This document shows positions 30,557 to 39,598 of a stretch of DNA of 64,000 bases, in pieces. Each line of letters opens with the position of its first letter. The first letter of the stretch is position 1. Below the pieces are notes generated by a model that worked only from the letters and a program-made list of their open reading frames with translations, was not told where the DNA came from and did no database searches. Origin of the DNA: Chlorobium sp. (GTDB lineage Bacteria > Bacteroidota > Chlorobiia > Chlorobiales > Chlorobiaceae). The DNA is taken from contig NZ_JAIGND010000006.1 in NCBI RefSeq assembly GCF_036528655.1, forward strand, positions 90,820 to 154,819, in the 5' to 3' direction. The translations under genes were made by a program, and so were the position numbers.

Positions 30557-32446
30557 TCAACCGTTACCCTGAAGAACCTCGCCATTGTATACGGCCCGGC
30601 GCATTCCCCTGACAGAATTGCAGAGATAGATGAGGTCTGCGGAGACGAGATCTTCGGGAAAGAGCGGCTGCTCCCGGCAATCGGTACGCGTATCGAGAAA
30701 ATAATTCCTGCAGATACCGGCAAGCAGCCCGGAAGAGCGCGGAGGCGTGCAGTAGCGCCCGTCTTTGCGGACGATCACATTGGCAATAGCCGATTCGGCA
30801 ACTTCCCCCCGTTCATTGAGAAACAGGACGTCGTCATAACCGCGTTCCTGCGCCATACGGAAAAAGCGGTCCGGGAATGTCCTTGCAGTCGTCTTATGAT
30901 ACCTAAGGATATCGGATGAATCGACAGGTTCCCCGCAAAGACAGAGCCTGAGCGGCTCCAGGGAAGGAGATGCGGGAACCTGTTCATGCGTAACCCTCAT
31001 GGATCCGTCAACCGAAAGCTCCAGCCGAACCTTGTAACGCCCTCCTCGATCGGCAAGTTCGCCATCAAGATCCTGCAGAAGGCGTTCGGCAAGCCCGACA
31101 TCAAAACAAATGCCGAGGCCAGCAGCCGATGCTCGCATCCTTTCGATATGTTCGGAAGCCCAGAGCATGCGACCGTTCCAGAGCAGACTCTCGAAAATCC
31201 CGCAGCCTGCGCCAGCTGCGCCGGTCAGAATACGAGCTTTGAGCAGGCATTCGCCATACTCCTGCTGCGGATCGGAATCCCAGACGATACCGCTTCCCGA
31301 ACCGTACATACCATGGCCTGCGACAAGTTCGAGAGTACGGATGGCTACGCTGAACACCATATCCCGATCGGGCTGCATGAAGCCGATGGCTCCGGTATAT
31401 ATTCCTCTCGATGAGGGTTCAAGCCTGTCGATCAGTTCCATTGCCCGGATCTTGGGTGCCCCGGTCACGGAACCGGATGGAAAAAGCGCCCTGAAGATAT
31501 CGAACAGTTCCACCTCATTCCCGAGCTTTCCCCGAACGGTCGATACCATCTGGTGGAGGGTGGGGTATGTTTCCAATGCAAACAGATTCTCCGTAACAAC
31601 GGAACCAGGGACACAGATCCGGCCAAGATCGTTGCGCAGCAGGTCAACGATCATGAGATTCTCGGCGCGGTTCTTCTGGCACGATACGAGTTCCTGACGC
31701 TTCAGAGCGTCCTCTCCGGAGGTCGAGCCCCTCGGAGCCGTACCCTTCATAGGCTTCGTTTCGATGAATCCATCTCCGCACCGGAAGAACAGTTCAGGCG
31801 AAAGAGAGAGAACCGTCCGCTCGCCGGTATTGAGAAAAGCCGAATAGGCGGCCGGCTGGCTGCGGCGCAGCTCGGTAAAAAGCGCCGAAGGAGATCCTTC
31901 GAACGGAAAACGGAACCTGCCCGTCAGATTGACCTGATAGACGTCGCCTGCTGCAAGACGTTCCCTGATGGCAGCGACAAGTTCGGCATATTCCTGCCTG
32001 TCGTAGCCGAACGGGATGGATTCAGGCAGCGAAAACCCGCCGCGATCCTCCCCGGCAAGAAACGCTTCGAGCGCATCTCCGGCAAAACGCCCGGGTTCAC
32101 CATAGACTCCGAACCAGGCCAGCGGCTCATCCGGAGCGACCTTGCGCAAACAGTCCGCCGAATTCCTTTCGAATCCGTAACCTGCCTCGTAACCGATCCA
32201 GCCCGCCAGAAAAAAACCCGCATCAAGCCTTGATTCAAGCTCCGAAAAAAAATCGCGCAAACCGGAAAGCGAACGAAGTTCCAGTATGTCCACCGGATCG
32301 GTGAACAACAGGGCCTTTCCGCCGCCGGCAGCATCCTGACCGGGAGTTTCGAACCAGATCGATCCGTAACCGGCAAGAACGCCTCCAGGGAATGACCTGC
32401 CTGAATCGGACTCAATCATGAGCGGAAAATTCGAAAACGATGACAC
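30557..32446 (-). CDS. pabB: Fused aminodeoxychorismate synthase component I (PabB) / aminodeoxychorismate lyase (PabC)
   Basis: 629 aa. Chorismate-binding domain (SGSVTGAPKIRAMELI, YTGAIGF, GSGIVWDS), followed by a ~200-aa class IV aminotransferase-fold domain. The start is 32446 or 32419; either overlaps the ppx stop. Confidence 0.88.
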   Translation of the reverse strand: MSSFSNFPLMIESDSGRSFPGGVLAGYGSIWFETPGQDAAGGGKALLFTDPVDILELRSLSGLRDFFSELESRLDAGFFLAGWIGYEAGYGFERNSADCLRKVAPDEPLAWFGVYGEPGRFAGDALEAFLAGEDRGGFSLPESIPFGYDRQEYAELVAAIRERLAAGDVYQVNLTGRFRFPFEGSPSALFTELRRSQPAAYSAFLNTGERTVLSLSPELFFRCGDGFIETKPMKGTAPRGSTSGEDALKRQELVSCQKNRAENLMIVDLLRNDLGRICVPGSVVTENLFALETYPTLHQMVSTVRGKLGNEVELFDIFRALFPSGSVTGAPKIRAMELIDRLEPSSRGIYTGAIGFMQPDRDMVFSVAIRTLELVAGHGMYGSGSGIVWDSDPQQEYGECLLKARILTGAAGAGCGIFESLLWNGRMLWASEHIERMRASAAGLGICFDVGLAERLLQDLDGELADRGGRYKVRLELSVDGSMRVTHEQVPASPSLEPLRLCLCGEPVDSSDILRYHKTTARTFPDRFFRMAQERGYDDVLFLNERGEVAESAIANVIVRKDGRYCTPPRSSGLLAGICRNYFLDTRTDCREQPLFPEDLVSADLIYLCNSVRGMRRAVYNGEVLQGNG

Positions 32447-33968
32447 ACTGCAGCACCTCTTCGAGCCAGGACTTCATAAGCTCCGCTGCCCAGATTTCGA
32501 TATCGGGCTCATCTCTGCCCTGCAAGGCTATGACGATCTTCCCGGAACCGGCAGAGGCCTGCAGCGACAGGATATTCTGGCGATGGCCCCGTTCGAGCCC
32601 GTTTGCCACCCGAAGGATTCCCGAAAGCACATCGACGGCTTTCCGGGAAGCAGGCCTGAGCTGGGCGTACAGAGAGTGCTTTTCGGAAGGGGGGGATTTC
32701 CGGTGGTAACGAGCCACATTGCCTATGATGAGGGTCTCTGCAGGAGTGAACCCCCTGAGATCGGCGTTCATGATGATATACTGACTGTGCTTGTGATGCG
32801 AGGAAATCGAAATGAAGGTGCCGACATTGTGCAGCAGCGCCGAATATTCGAGCAGTTCGCGGTACCTCCCGTCGAGACCATGCGCCGCACGAAGCTGATC
32901 GAAAAGCTGCAGACAGAGCATGGCCACCTGCTCCGAATGCGCCCGGTTCCAATTGCATCGGAAACCAAGTTCGTAGACGCTCTCCCTGCGTATATCGAGT
33001 TCGGTCTGCCGTGAGCCGTCATCCATCTGCTGCAGATAGTGCAGCACCATTCCTTCACGCAATGCCGATCCCGATATGATGATTTCGCCGAGATCGAATG
33101 TCCTGAAGATGGCGTCGAAAAGGACAAGACCCGGCACGATCAGATCGACGCGTTTTTCGTCAAGACCGGTCAGCTTTCTCCGTTCAGCAGAACGAAGCGG
33201 CAGCACGGTCCTGTACAGGCGATTGAAATCCCTGCGACTCAGGGACATATTGTTCAGAGGAGATTCGGCTTCATCACCGTTCATCGACCGGATCATCCGG
33301 GCAATATTCTCGGCAGTTCCCGACGATGCGATGCCCCGTCTGACCCCAAGCTCGGAGGCCTTGTCGGCCGCAGAAACCATCTCGGCGGCAAAGAACTGTC
33401 TGAGCAGGCTGATCTCATGTTCGGAGACCGGATCGGACATGACGAAACGCTCGAACATTCTTGCAACGCCTATCTTACGGCTTTCAAGCAGCTTGACGCC
33501 GAAACGATCGGCAATGACAAACTCGACAGAACCGCCGCCTATATCGAAAATCAGATCCGGAACGGTTCCGAGCCGAACCGCGTTTCTGACGCCGTAATAG
33601 ATGAACTCGGCCTCTTCCCTGCCGGAAATGACCCTGATCCGCAAACCGGTCTCTTCCCGTACCCTGCGAATGAATTCGTTCTGGTTTCTCGCTTCGCGGA
33701 TTGCGCTCGTGGCAAAAGCGATGATATTTTCCGATGCCACCCCATGCTGCCGGGCAAGCACGAGAAAATTTTTCAGCGCGGCGACGCCCGCCTGCATGGC
33801 TTCCTCGCCAAGCAGTTTCGAGGAAATGCTCCCCTTGCCGATGCAGATCATGTCCTTCACCCGGTCGATCTCCACAATCCCTTTCTGCAGACTCTCCTCG
33901 ACGATCACCATGTGAAAGGAGTTGGTGCCGAGGTCTATAGCCGCCACCCGAAGCGCATTCGATGCCAT
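32412..33968 (-). CDS. ppx: Exopolyphosphatase / guanosine pentaphosphate phosphohydrolase family protein with HD domain
   Basis: 518 aa. The N-terminus AAIDLGTNSFHMVI and DIGGGSVEF are ASKHA-fold motifs. The C-terminal half is HD-type (LHNVGTFIS..HHKHSQYII). Confidence 0.9.
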   Translation of the reverse strand: MASNALRVAAIDLGTNSFHMVIVEESLQKGIVEIDRVKDMICIGKGSISSKLLGEEAMQAGVAALKNFLVLARQHGVASENIIAFATSAIREARNQNEFIRRVREETGLRIRVISGREEAEFIYYGVRNAVRLGTVPDLIFDIGGGSVEFVIADRFGVKLLESRKIGVARMFERFVMSDPVSEHEISLLRQFFAAEMVSAADKASELGVRRGIASSGTAENIARMIRSMNGDEAESPLNNMSLSRRDFNRLYRTVLPLRSAERRKLTGLDEKRVDLIVPGLVLFDAIFRTFDLGEIIISGSALREGMVLHYLQQMDDGSRQTELDIRRESVYELGFRCNWNRAHSEQVAMLCLQLFDQLRAAHGLDGRYRELLEYSALLHNVGTFISISSHHKHSQYIIMNADLRGFTPAETLIIGNVARYHRKSPPSEKHSLYAQLRPASRKAVDVLSGILRVANGLERGHRQNILSLQASAGSGKIVIALQGRDEPDIEIWAAELMKSWLEEVLQCVIVFEFSAHD

Positions 33969-34072
33969 ACCGCAAATGCTGGATAAGGTTGAAAAGCAGC
34001 TGTAAAGTAACGGATTTGCAGGGCAATATGCAACAAAGGCAGAAAGAAGCGCAGCCGGAAAACCCTGAACTG

Positions 34073-34101
34073 AAAAACCCTGCCGGATCGGCAGGGTTTT
34101 T
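34073..34101 (-). terminator. Rho-independent terminator after the small OMP gene
   Basis: AAAAACCCTGCCG-GAT-CGGCAGGGTTTTT is a perfect 8-bp GC-rich stem (CCCTGCCG/CGGCAGGG) that extends to 13 bp through the flanking A5/T5 runs. It lies 58 nt after the stop at 34159. Confidence 0.85.
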
Positions 34102-34158
34102 CAGCTCTCCGGGCTTCATGCGAAGCGCCGGAACAATGAGCATGCGTGAAACCGCAGC

Positions 34159-34734
34159 TTAGAAGTAGTAGTGTGCGCCGAGAGATACGAAGGTACCGTC
34201 AAGGTTGACATCGAAATCAAAATCATCCTCTTCATAGCTCACATTGTGGAATTTATAGCCGACCTCGAAGTTCAGGCCAAGTTCCGGAAGCTCGGTGAAG
34301 TTGTACTCTGCGCCAAAGAAAGGATTGATGGTATAGACAGTGATATCACCATCAAGAACATCCACATCATCAGCTTCTGCGTTGACGCTGCCGATACCGC
34401 CCTCAAGACCGACATAAAAACGGCTGTTCTCCTTGACGATCGGAGAGTACATGAGCTTCAGGGTGCCCAGAAGGAGATCGCCGTGGCCGTCAAAAACCTC
34501 TGTTCCTGATTCCTCAACATCGAAACCAGCTCTGCCGTAGAAAAGGTTGAGCTCACCGCCGAAATTCTCGGTAGCCCAGTAACGGCCGCTGATACCCTGA
34601 AGGATATCACCGGCGAAAACGCCCTGATAACCAAGTCCGAATTTTCCGGTCATGGGATTCTCAGCAGCAACTGCCGAACCTGCACCAAGCATGACAGCAA
34701 GACCTGCTGCTACAACTGCTTTTGTCATTTTCAT
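34159..34734 (-). CDS. Small outer-membrane beta-barrel protein (OmpA-like/OmpW-like porin family)
   Basis: Start at MKMTKAVVAAGLAVMLGAGSAVAA (signal peptide). It has alternating hydrophobic beta-strand periodicity and a terminal aromatic residue (...GAHYYF). Confidence 0.8.
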   Translation of the reverse strand: MKMTKAVVAAGLAVMLGAGSAVAAENPMTGKFGLGYQGVFAGDILQGISGRYWATENFGGELNLFYGRAGFDVEESGTEVFDGHGDLLLGTLKLMYSPIVKENSRFYVGLEGGIGSVNAEADDVDVLDGDITVYTINPFFGAEYNFTELPELGLNFEVGYKFHNVSYEEDDFDFDVNLDGTFVSLGAHYYF

Positions 34735-35132
34735 GATTGTCTTTCTCCGTTTTTTTCTTCGTGATAGTAAAAGAAACGATATCGCCGCAGCAGAAGGGGG
34801 CAACCGTCTACCGGAATCTGCCGCTTCCGTCGCCGATATTCGATAGAAATAATAATGATCTTTTTTCTTTTCCGGCAATATTTTTATCACTTATTCGATA
34901 ATCGTCTTTATAATAAGCACTTACAGACACACCCCCCGCGAATTTCAGCCGATAGCGCGCTGATTCACCGATCCGACACGCACTGCGCTTCCTCATCAAT
35001 GGTTTTCGCTGTATATTGACCCGGAAAGCCGATCGACAACGCACTGGAACCCTGACGGACGTGACCGACAAACCCTGCAGACAACCCGGCAACACGGAAC
35101 ACCGTTCCGACCGCCTTGGACTCAGAGCGGAA

Positions 35133-35753
35133 GTGGCCCGAAAAGCCATTCATCTGTCGTCGATTTCAATCGCCGTAATCTACTGCCATATCAGCCGCGA
35201 TCTCGCGCTGCTGCTGCTTGTGCCGCTCTTTTCCGGCTTCTTTCTGGTCGATCTGCTGAAAAACGTTTCGGCGCCGGTAGCAGCATGGTACCATCGCAGC
35301 TTCGGAGCCATGCTCCGGGAACACGAACTTGAAAAAGATCATCTGCACCTCAACGGAGCGACCTGCATAACGCTTTCGGCTCTGCTGCTGGTGCTTTTTT
35401 TTCCAAAAGTTATCGCTGTTGCTGCTTTTTCGATGGTCGCGGTTTCGGATACCGTTGCCGCACTCGCAGGAAAAGTGTTCGGCCGGCACCGGTTCGGCCA
35501 TAAAAGCCTCGAAGGCAGCGGCGCTTTCCTGCTCTCGGCAATCGCCATCGTCGTGCTCGTCCCCAATCTCAACCTGCAGGCCGGACTGCTGATGGCGGTT
35601 ACTGCAACACTGACCGAAGCGTTCGTGATCCGCATAGGGGGCTTCAAGCTCGACGACAACCTGACGATTCCGCTTGTCAGCGCTGCGTCGGGCATGATCT
35701 GTTACCTGTTTTTTTTTCCCGAACAAGTTGCGGCGCTCTCGTTCTGCCGTTGA
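35133..35753 (+). CDS. Polyprenol/phytol kinase family membrane protein (CTP-dependent, DGK/dolichol kinase-like)
   Basis: The conserved part starts at (V)ARKAIHLSS. It has about six TM helices, and SDTVAALAGKVFGRHRF...KSLEGSGAF is the family signature. No in-frame ATG is available: a GTG at 35133 is proposed, and the track uses TTG at 35016. Confidence 0.7.
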   Translation: MARKAIHLSSISIAVIYCHISRDLALLLLVPLFSGFFLVDLLKNVSAPVAAWYHRSFGAMLREHELEKDHLHLNGATCITLSALLLVLFFPKVIAVAAFSMVAVSDTVAALAGKVFGRHRFGHKSLEGSGAFLLSAIAIVVLVPNLNLQAGLLMAVTATLTEAFVIRIGGFKLDDNLTIPLVSAASGMICYLFFFPEQVAALSFCR

Positions 35754-35766
35754 ACCCCGACCATTC

Positions 35767-36729
35767 ATGCAGACTATCGTAACCGATTCTCCGGAGGAGG
35801 CCGCCGGATACCTGAACGCAGGCGGAATCGTGGCGTTTCCCACCGAAACCGTCTACGGCCTCGGAGCCGGCATCTGCCATCCCGAAGCCGTGAAAAAGAT
35901 TTTCCGGGCGAAAGGAAGGCCTGCGGACAACCCGCTGATCGTGCATATCCCGAAACCGGAGGATATCGACACCGTAGCAAGGGAGATCGGAGAGGCGGCG
36001 AGAAAACTGATCCGGCATTTTTTTCCCGGCCCGCTCACCCTCGTTCTGAAAAAAAGCGGCATGGTTCCCCCCGAGGTAACCGCCGGTCTCGATACCGTGG
36101 GCATTCGGTGCCCTTCAAGCATAATTGCGAAAAGTTTTCTCGGCTTCTGCCATTGTCCGGTAGCTGCACCTTCGGCAAATATCTCCGGGCGGCCGAGTTC
36201 AACGAGCTGGAAAGCCGTGCTGTACGACCTGGAAGGAAAGATAGACTGCATTCTGAAGGGAGATCCGAGCGACATCGGCCTCGAATCGACTATCGTCGAT
36301 TGTACGGGCGCACAACCGCTGCTTCTGAGAACAGGTGCTGTTACCATCGAGGAGTTGCAGTCCGTCGTCCCGGAAATCGGAACCGCCGTAATCAGCAGCA
36401 ACGACGACGAACCGCCGAAAAGTCCGGGGCTGAAGTACCCGCATTATGCGCCTGTAGCCCGTATCCGGCTCTGTGCGACCGACGGACCCTTCGCGCCGGA
36501 AGCGGACACCTCATCCGCATGGATTGGCCTTACGCAACCGCATGCTTCAGCAGCTTTCGCGATTGTACGGCAGTGCGGTACGACCGGGGAATATGCGCGG
36601 ATCCTTTTCGATTTTTTCAGGCAGTGCGACGCACTGGGCATCGACACCATCTACTGCGAACTGCCTCCTGACGAGGGAATCGGACGAGCCATCAGGGACA
36701 GGCTCACGAGGGCCGCAGCCGGTCGCTGA
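35767..36729 (+). CDS. tsaC: L-threonylcarbamoyladenylate synthase (YrdC domain plus Sua5 C-terminal domain)
   Basis: Start at MQTIV. GGIVAFPTETVYGLGA, KGRPADNPLIVHI and APSANISGRPS are YrdC/Sua5 motifs. Confidence 0.9.
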   Translation: MQTIVTDSPEEAAGYLNAGGIVAFPTETVYGLGAGICHPEAVKKIFRAKGRPADNPLIVHIPKPEDIDTVAREIGEAARKLIRHFFPGPLTLVLKKSGMVPPEVTAGLDTVGIRCPSSIIAKSFLGFCHCPVAAPSANISGRPSSTSWKAVLYDLEGKIDCILKGDPSDIGLESTIVDCTGAQPLLLRTGAVTIEELQSVVPEIGTAVISSNDDEPPKSPGLKYPHYAPVARIRLCATDGPFAPEADTSSAWIGLTQPHASAAFAIVRQCGTTGEYARILFDFFRQCDALGIDTIYCELPPDEGIGRAIRDRLTRAAAGR

Positions 36730-36741
36730 AAAACGGGACTG

Positions 36742-38769
36742 TCAGAACTTCAGGGAACAGCCGAAATGGAAGGTGCCCGGAGCGCTTGTATTTCGCTGAT
36801 CGTCGCCGCTGCTGTATACTTCCCGATCGTCATACCAGGTAGTCTCGAACTTGCCGCCGACTTTCAGATTTTTCGTCACATCCCAGGAAACCAGCACGAA
36901 AAACGCCTTTCCCCTTCCGTTGAAACCGGTCGTATTGAACACCAGCGGCAGATCGTCTTCGTAAACATAGATGGCGGCATCGTAATCGTCGGTATTGAAC
37001 ATGGTGAACCGGCCTTTCAATCCGAACCGTCCGGCTTTGTATCCCGCCTGCTGATAGACAAGCCACCCGTAACAGGTTTCATCTCCGGCAAGAAAATCCT
37101 TGACGACCCGCTTGACCTCACTCCTGGTTCTCAGGGTAATCCTTCGCGAAGCATCGATATCGCAGTCAAGACGAATCCGGTCTGTAACCTTCGGCAACGG
37201 TGCATATATTTTCTCCTTATCATTGCATGCAAGTGAGCCATCGGGACACTGCCTGAGAGCGACCTCCTTTTCCCTGTGCTGCATCTGCAGGTTCCATGTT
37301 ACCGAACGGGATTGCTTCCAGGCAAAGAAAAGACGGGAATCATGCCCTGACGAAGGATAGGGATCGTCCTTTGTATCGAGTTTCGGGAACCGGAACCGGT
37401 CATGATAGGCGCCAACGGAAACTGTTTTACTCAGGGCGGCATCGATACCGATATAAATTCCCTGCTCGTTCGAACCGCCCTCTCCCCTTTCGGCGAAGGC
37501 TCCGGCAAATGGAGAATAATACCCCTCTGCATAGTCCCTGACGGCAAGGAGCAGGTTTACTTTCGGTAACAGCCGATATTCAGCACCGGCGATCCAGGAT
37601 ATGCTGCCTTCAGGCCTTTCCGACCACGCCGCCTCGCCGAAAAGACCGAGGCGGCCGACGCTGACATCTGCCTCGATGCTGCCGAGCGCCGACGATCCGT
37701 GGCCATCACCGAGAACATTCAGTGTCTCACCGTAATCATAGCGAAGCAAGGTACCCCCGGCAGTTCCCTTTACCGCTCCAGCAGCAAAATGGTAGAGCAC
37801 GCTTGCTCCGTAAACACTTTCAGTCACGTTGTCTTTGCGATCACGCTCTGAATCGGTCCGATGATAGCCTGATTCATCGAAACTCGTGATCGGTCCTGTC
37901 GAATTGCGCGCATCGACCTTGTTCGCGGAATAAAAAGCGGTCACTTCGAGCGGAGCAAGATCGAGCGTAGCCGCAACTCCCTGGAAGAAACCGTACTCCG
38001 AACTCGACGCATATGGAGTGAGCCGTTTCGATGCAAGTCTGACGCTGTTTGAGGGTTCAGAGCCTTTCGACAGAAAACGGCTCTGCCCTATGAGAAGACC
38101 CTGCCCGGCATTGATTTCGTAATTGCCCAATACGGCGGTTTTCACGATTCCAAGATCCGACGCGGCGAGGCTCAGCGAAAGGAAATCCGCGGCATCGGGT
38201 TCTCCGATATCCTTGTCGTGCACAAGGCTGACGCGGTAATTTGCATAATTGAGCTGAAGCCGGTTATAGAGCTTGTACTCGTCGCCCGGATAGCGCGGTA
38301 CCGGATTTTTTGCAGTCGGAAACAGCCCATTGCGCGGAGTGGTGTCCCAGAGAATCCTGCCGGTATAGCTGCCGCTCACGACGTCCGGCACTGCTGACTT
38401 CTTATCGGCAAGTCCCCGTTCTTCTGCGCTGAGGAATGAAATGTAGGGAATGATGGATTCGGCTTTATCCCGACCAATAACATCACTCAACGTCTGAACC
38501 GTTACAAAGGGACCTTTCGAACGCCGGTAGTCGATGATGGCCTGCACATCACCGCCGTTGAGCCATGGCAACTCGCGCAACGCATCAGGCTCCGCCTCAT
38601 TGATATCTATCTTTCTCTCTTTCAGCTCTTCGAGGCGCACCTCCAGTTGTTCGACGTTACCCGAGATACGCTCCTGATCGAACAGATCCTCCAGACTCTC
38701 CGCATGAGCTTGCGGGATACCGTCGCGGAGAATAAAAAACAGGGAAATAAACGCCACAACCCGATGCAT
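36742..38769 (-). CDS. Large outer-membrane beta-barrel protein with N-terminal ComEA-like helix-hairpin-helix domain
   Basis: Signal peptide MHRVVAFISLFFILRDGIPQAHA (an alternative start at 38814 would add 15 aa). A coiled segment is followed by DINEAEPDALRELPWLNGGDVQAIIDYRRSKGPFVTVQTLSDVIG, a ComEA-type HhH pattern. Roughly 550 aa of Gly/Tyr/Ser-rich beta-strand sequence follows, ending ...GCSLKF. Confidence 0.7.
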   Translation of the reverse strand: MHRVVAFISLFFILRDGIPQAHAESLEDLFDQERISGNVEQLEVRLEELKERKIDINEAEPDALRELPWLNGGDVQAIIDYRRSKGPFVTVQTLSDVIGRDKAESIIPYISFLSAEERGLADKKSAVPDVVSGSYTGRILWDTTPRNGLFPTAKNPVPRYPGDEYKLYNRLQLNYANYRVSLVHDKDIGEPDAADFLSLSLAASDLGIVKTAVLGNYEINAGQGLLIGQSRFLSKGSEPSNSVRLASKRLTPYASSSEYGFFQGVAATLDLAPLEVTAFYSANKVDARNSTGPITSFDESGYHRTDSERDRKDNVTESVYGASVLYHFAAGAVKGTAGGTLLRYDYGETLNVLGDGHGSSALGSIEADVSVGRLGLFGEAAWSERPEGSISWIAGAEYRLLPKVNLLLAVRDYAEGYYSPFAGAFAERGEGGSNEQGIYIGIDAALSKTVSVGAYHDRFRFPKLDTKDDPYPSSGHDSRLFFAWKQSRSVTWNLQMQHREKEVALRQCPDGSLACNDKEKIYAPLPKVTDRIRLDCDIDASRRITLRTRSEVKRVVKDFLAGDETCYGWLVYQQAGYKAGRFGLKGRFTMFNTDDYDAAIYVYEDDLPLVFNTTGFNGRGKAFFVLVSWDVTKNLKVGGKFETTWYDDREVYSSGDDQRNTSAPGTFHFGCSLKF

Positions 38770-38838
38770 GGTCAGGCGTTTGCGAAAAAAGCGGAAATCG
38801 GTCATGTTCAGCAATGTTTTTCATGACCGCATGCCATC

Positions 38839-39588
38839 TCAGACAGTAATGCCTGCCTGCTGATGGAGCTGCTGAACCTCCTTTCGGCTGAGATACCTCC
38901 AGTCGCCACGCCTGAGGTCCCCGGCCGCAAGGCCGGCATAGGCAACGCGATCGAGCCGTTTAACCTCGAAGCCGAGGGTTTCGAACATCCTGCGAACCTG
39001 ATGATTCTTGCCTTCGTGAATACTCAGCCATATCTGCAGACCGTCGTCGAGTATCCTTGCCTGGCAGGGCATCACTTTTTCACCGGTATCTTTCAGTCGC
39101 ATCCCTCCCGTAAGCTGAAGAAGCAGCGCATGCGGAAATTTGTTATCCAATACCGCAATATACTCCTTTTTCACACGAGACGAAGGATGCATTAATTTAT
39201 TTGCAAGATTTCCGTCATTTGTCAGCAACAGCACCCCTGTGGTTTTCCTGTCCAGCCTGCCGACAGGGTATACCCGCTCCTTGACGATAACGTGATCGAT
39301 AACAGTATCCCGATTCTTCTCGTCACGATTTGTCGATATGACATTTCTGGGTTTATTGAAAAGAATATACACTTTTTTTGCTTCCGGCAGCGCGAGCATG
39401 CGGCCGTCGACAATGATTTCATCGGCAGAAGGATCGATTTTCAGGCCGGCTTCCGCCGTCACCCTGCCGTTCACCATAACCCTGCCCGCCGCTACGATCT
39501 CGTCTGCCATGCGCCGTGAAGCGATACCGCACATGGCCAGATATTTGTTTATCCTGACTGTCTGCTTTTCTTCGATCTGTTTTCTCAT
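38839..39588 (-). CDS. Pseudouridine synthase (RsuA/RluB family) with S4 domain
   Basis: Start at MRKQIEEKQTVRINKYLAMCGIASRR (S4). The catalytic motif is YPVGRLDRKTTGVLLLTNDG. Confidence 0.9.
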   Translation of the reverse strand: MRKQIEEKQTVRINKYLAMCGIASRRMADEIVAAGRVMVNGRVTAEAGLKIDPSADEIIVDGRMLALPEAKKVYILFNKPRNVISTNRDEKNRDTVIDHVIVKERVYPVGRLDRKTTGVLLLTNDGNLANKLMHPSSRVKKEYIAVLDNKFPHALLLQLTGGMRLKDTGEKVMPCQARILDDGLQIWLSIHEGKNHQVRRMFETLGFEVKRLDRVAYAGLAAGDLRRGDWRYLSRKEVQQLHQQAGITV

Positions 39589-39598
39589 GTAAACAAGC

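Noticed and set aside
33039-33986. A 315-aa plus-strand ORF opposite ppx. Similar cases are 43641-44744 opposite the gltD-like gene and nikR, 50051-50923 opposite the ferrochelatase-like gene, 61312-62187 opposite arsP, and 57053-57802 opposite the cruA-like gene.
   Set aside because: They are antisense shadow ORFs. The opposite-strand proteins carry the diagnostic motifs.
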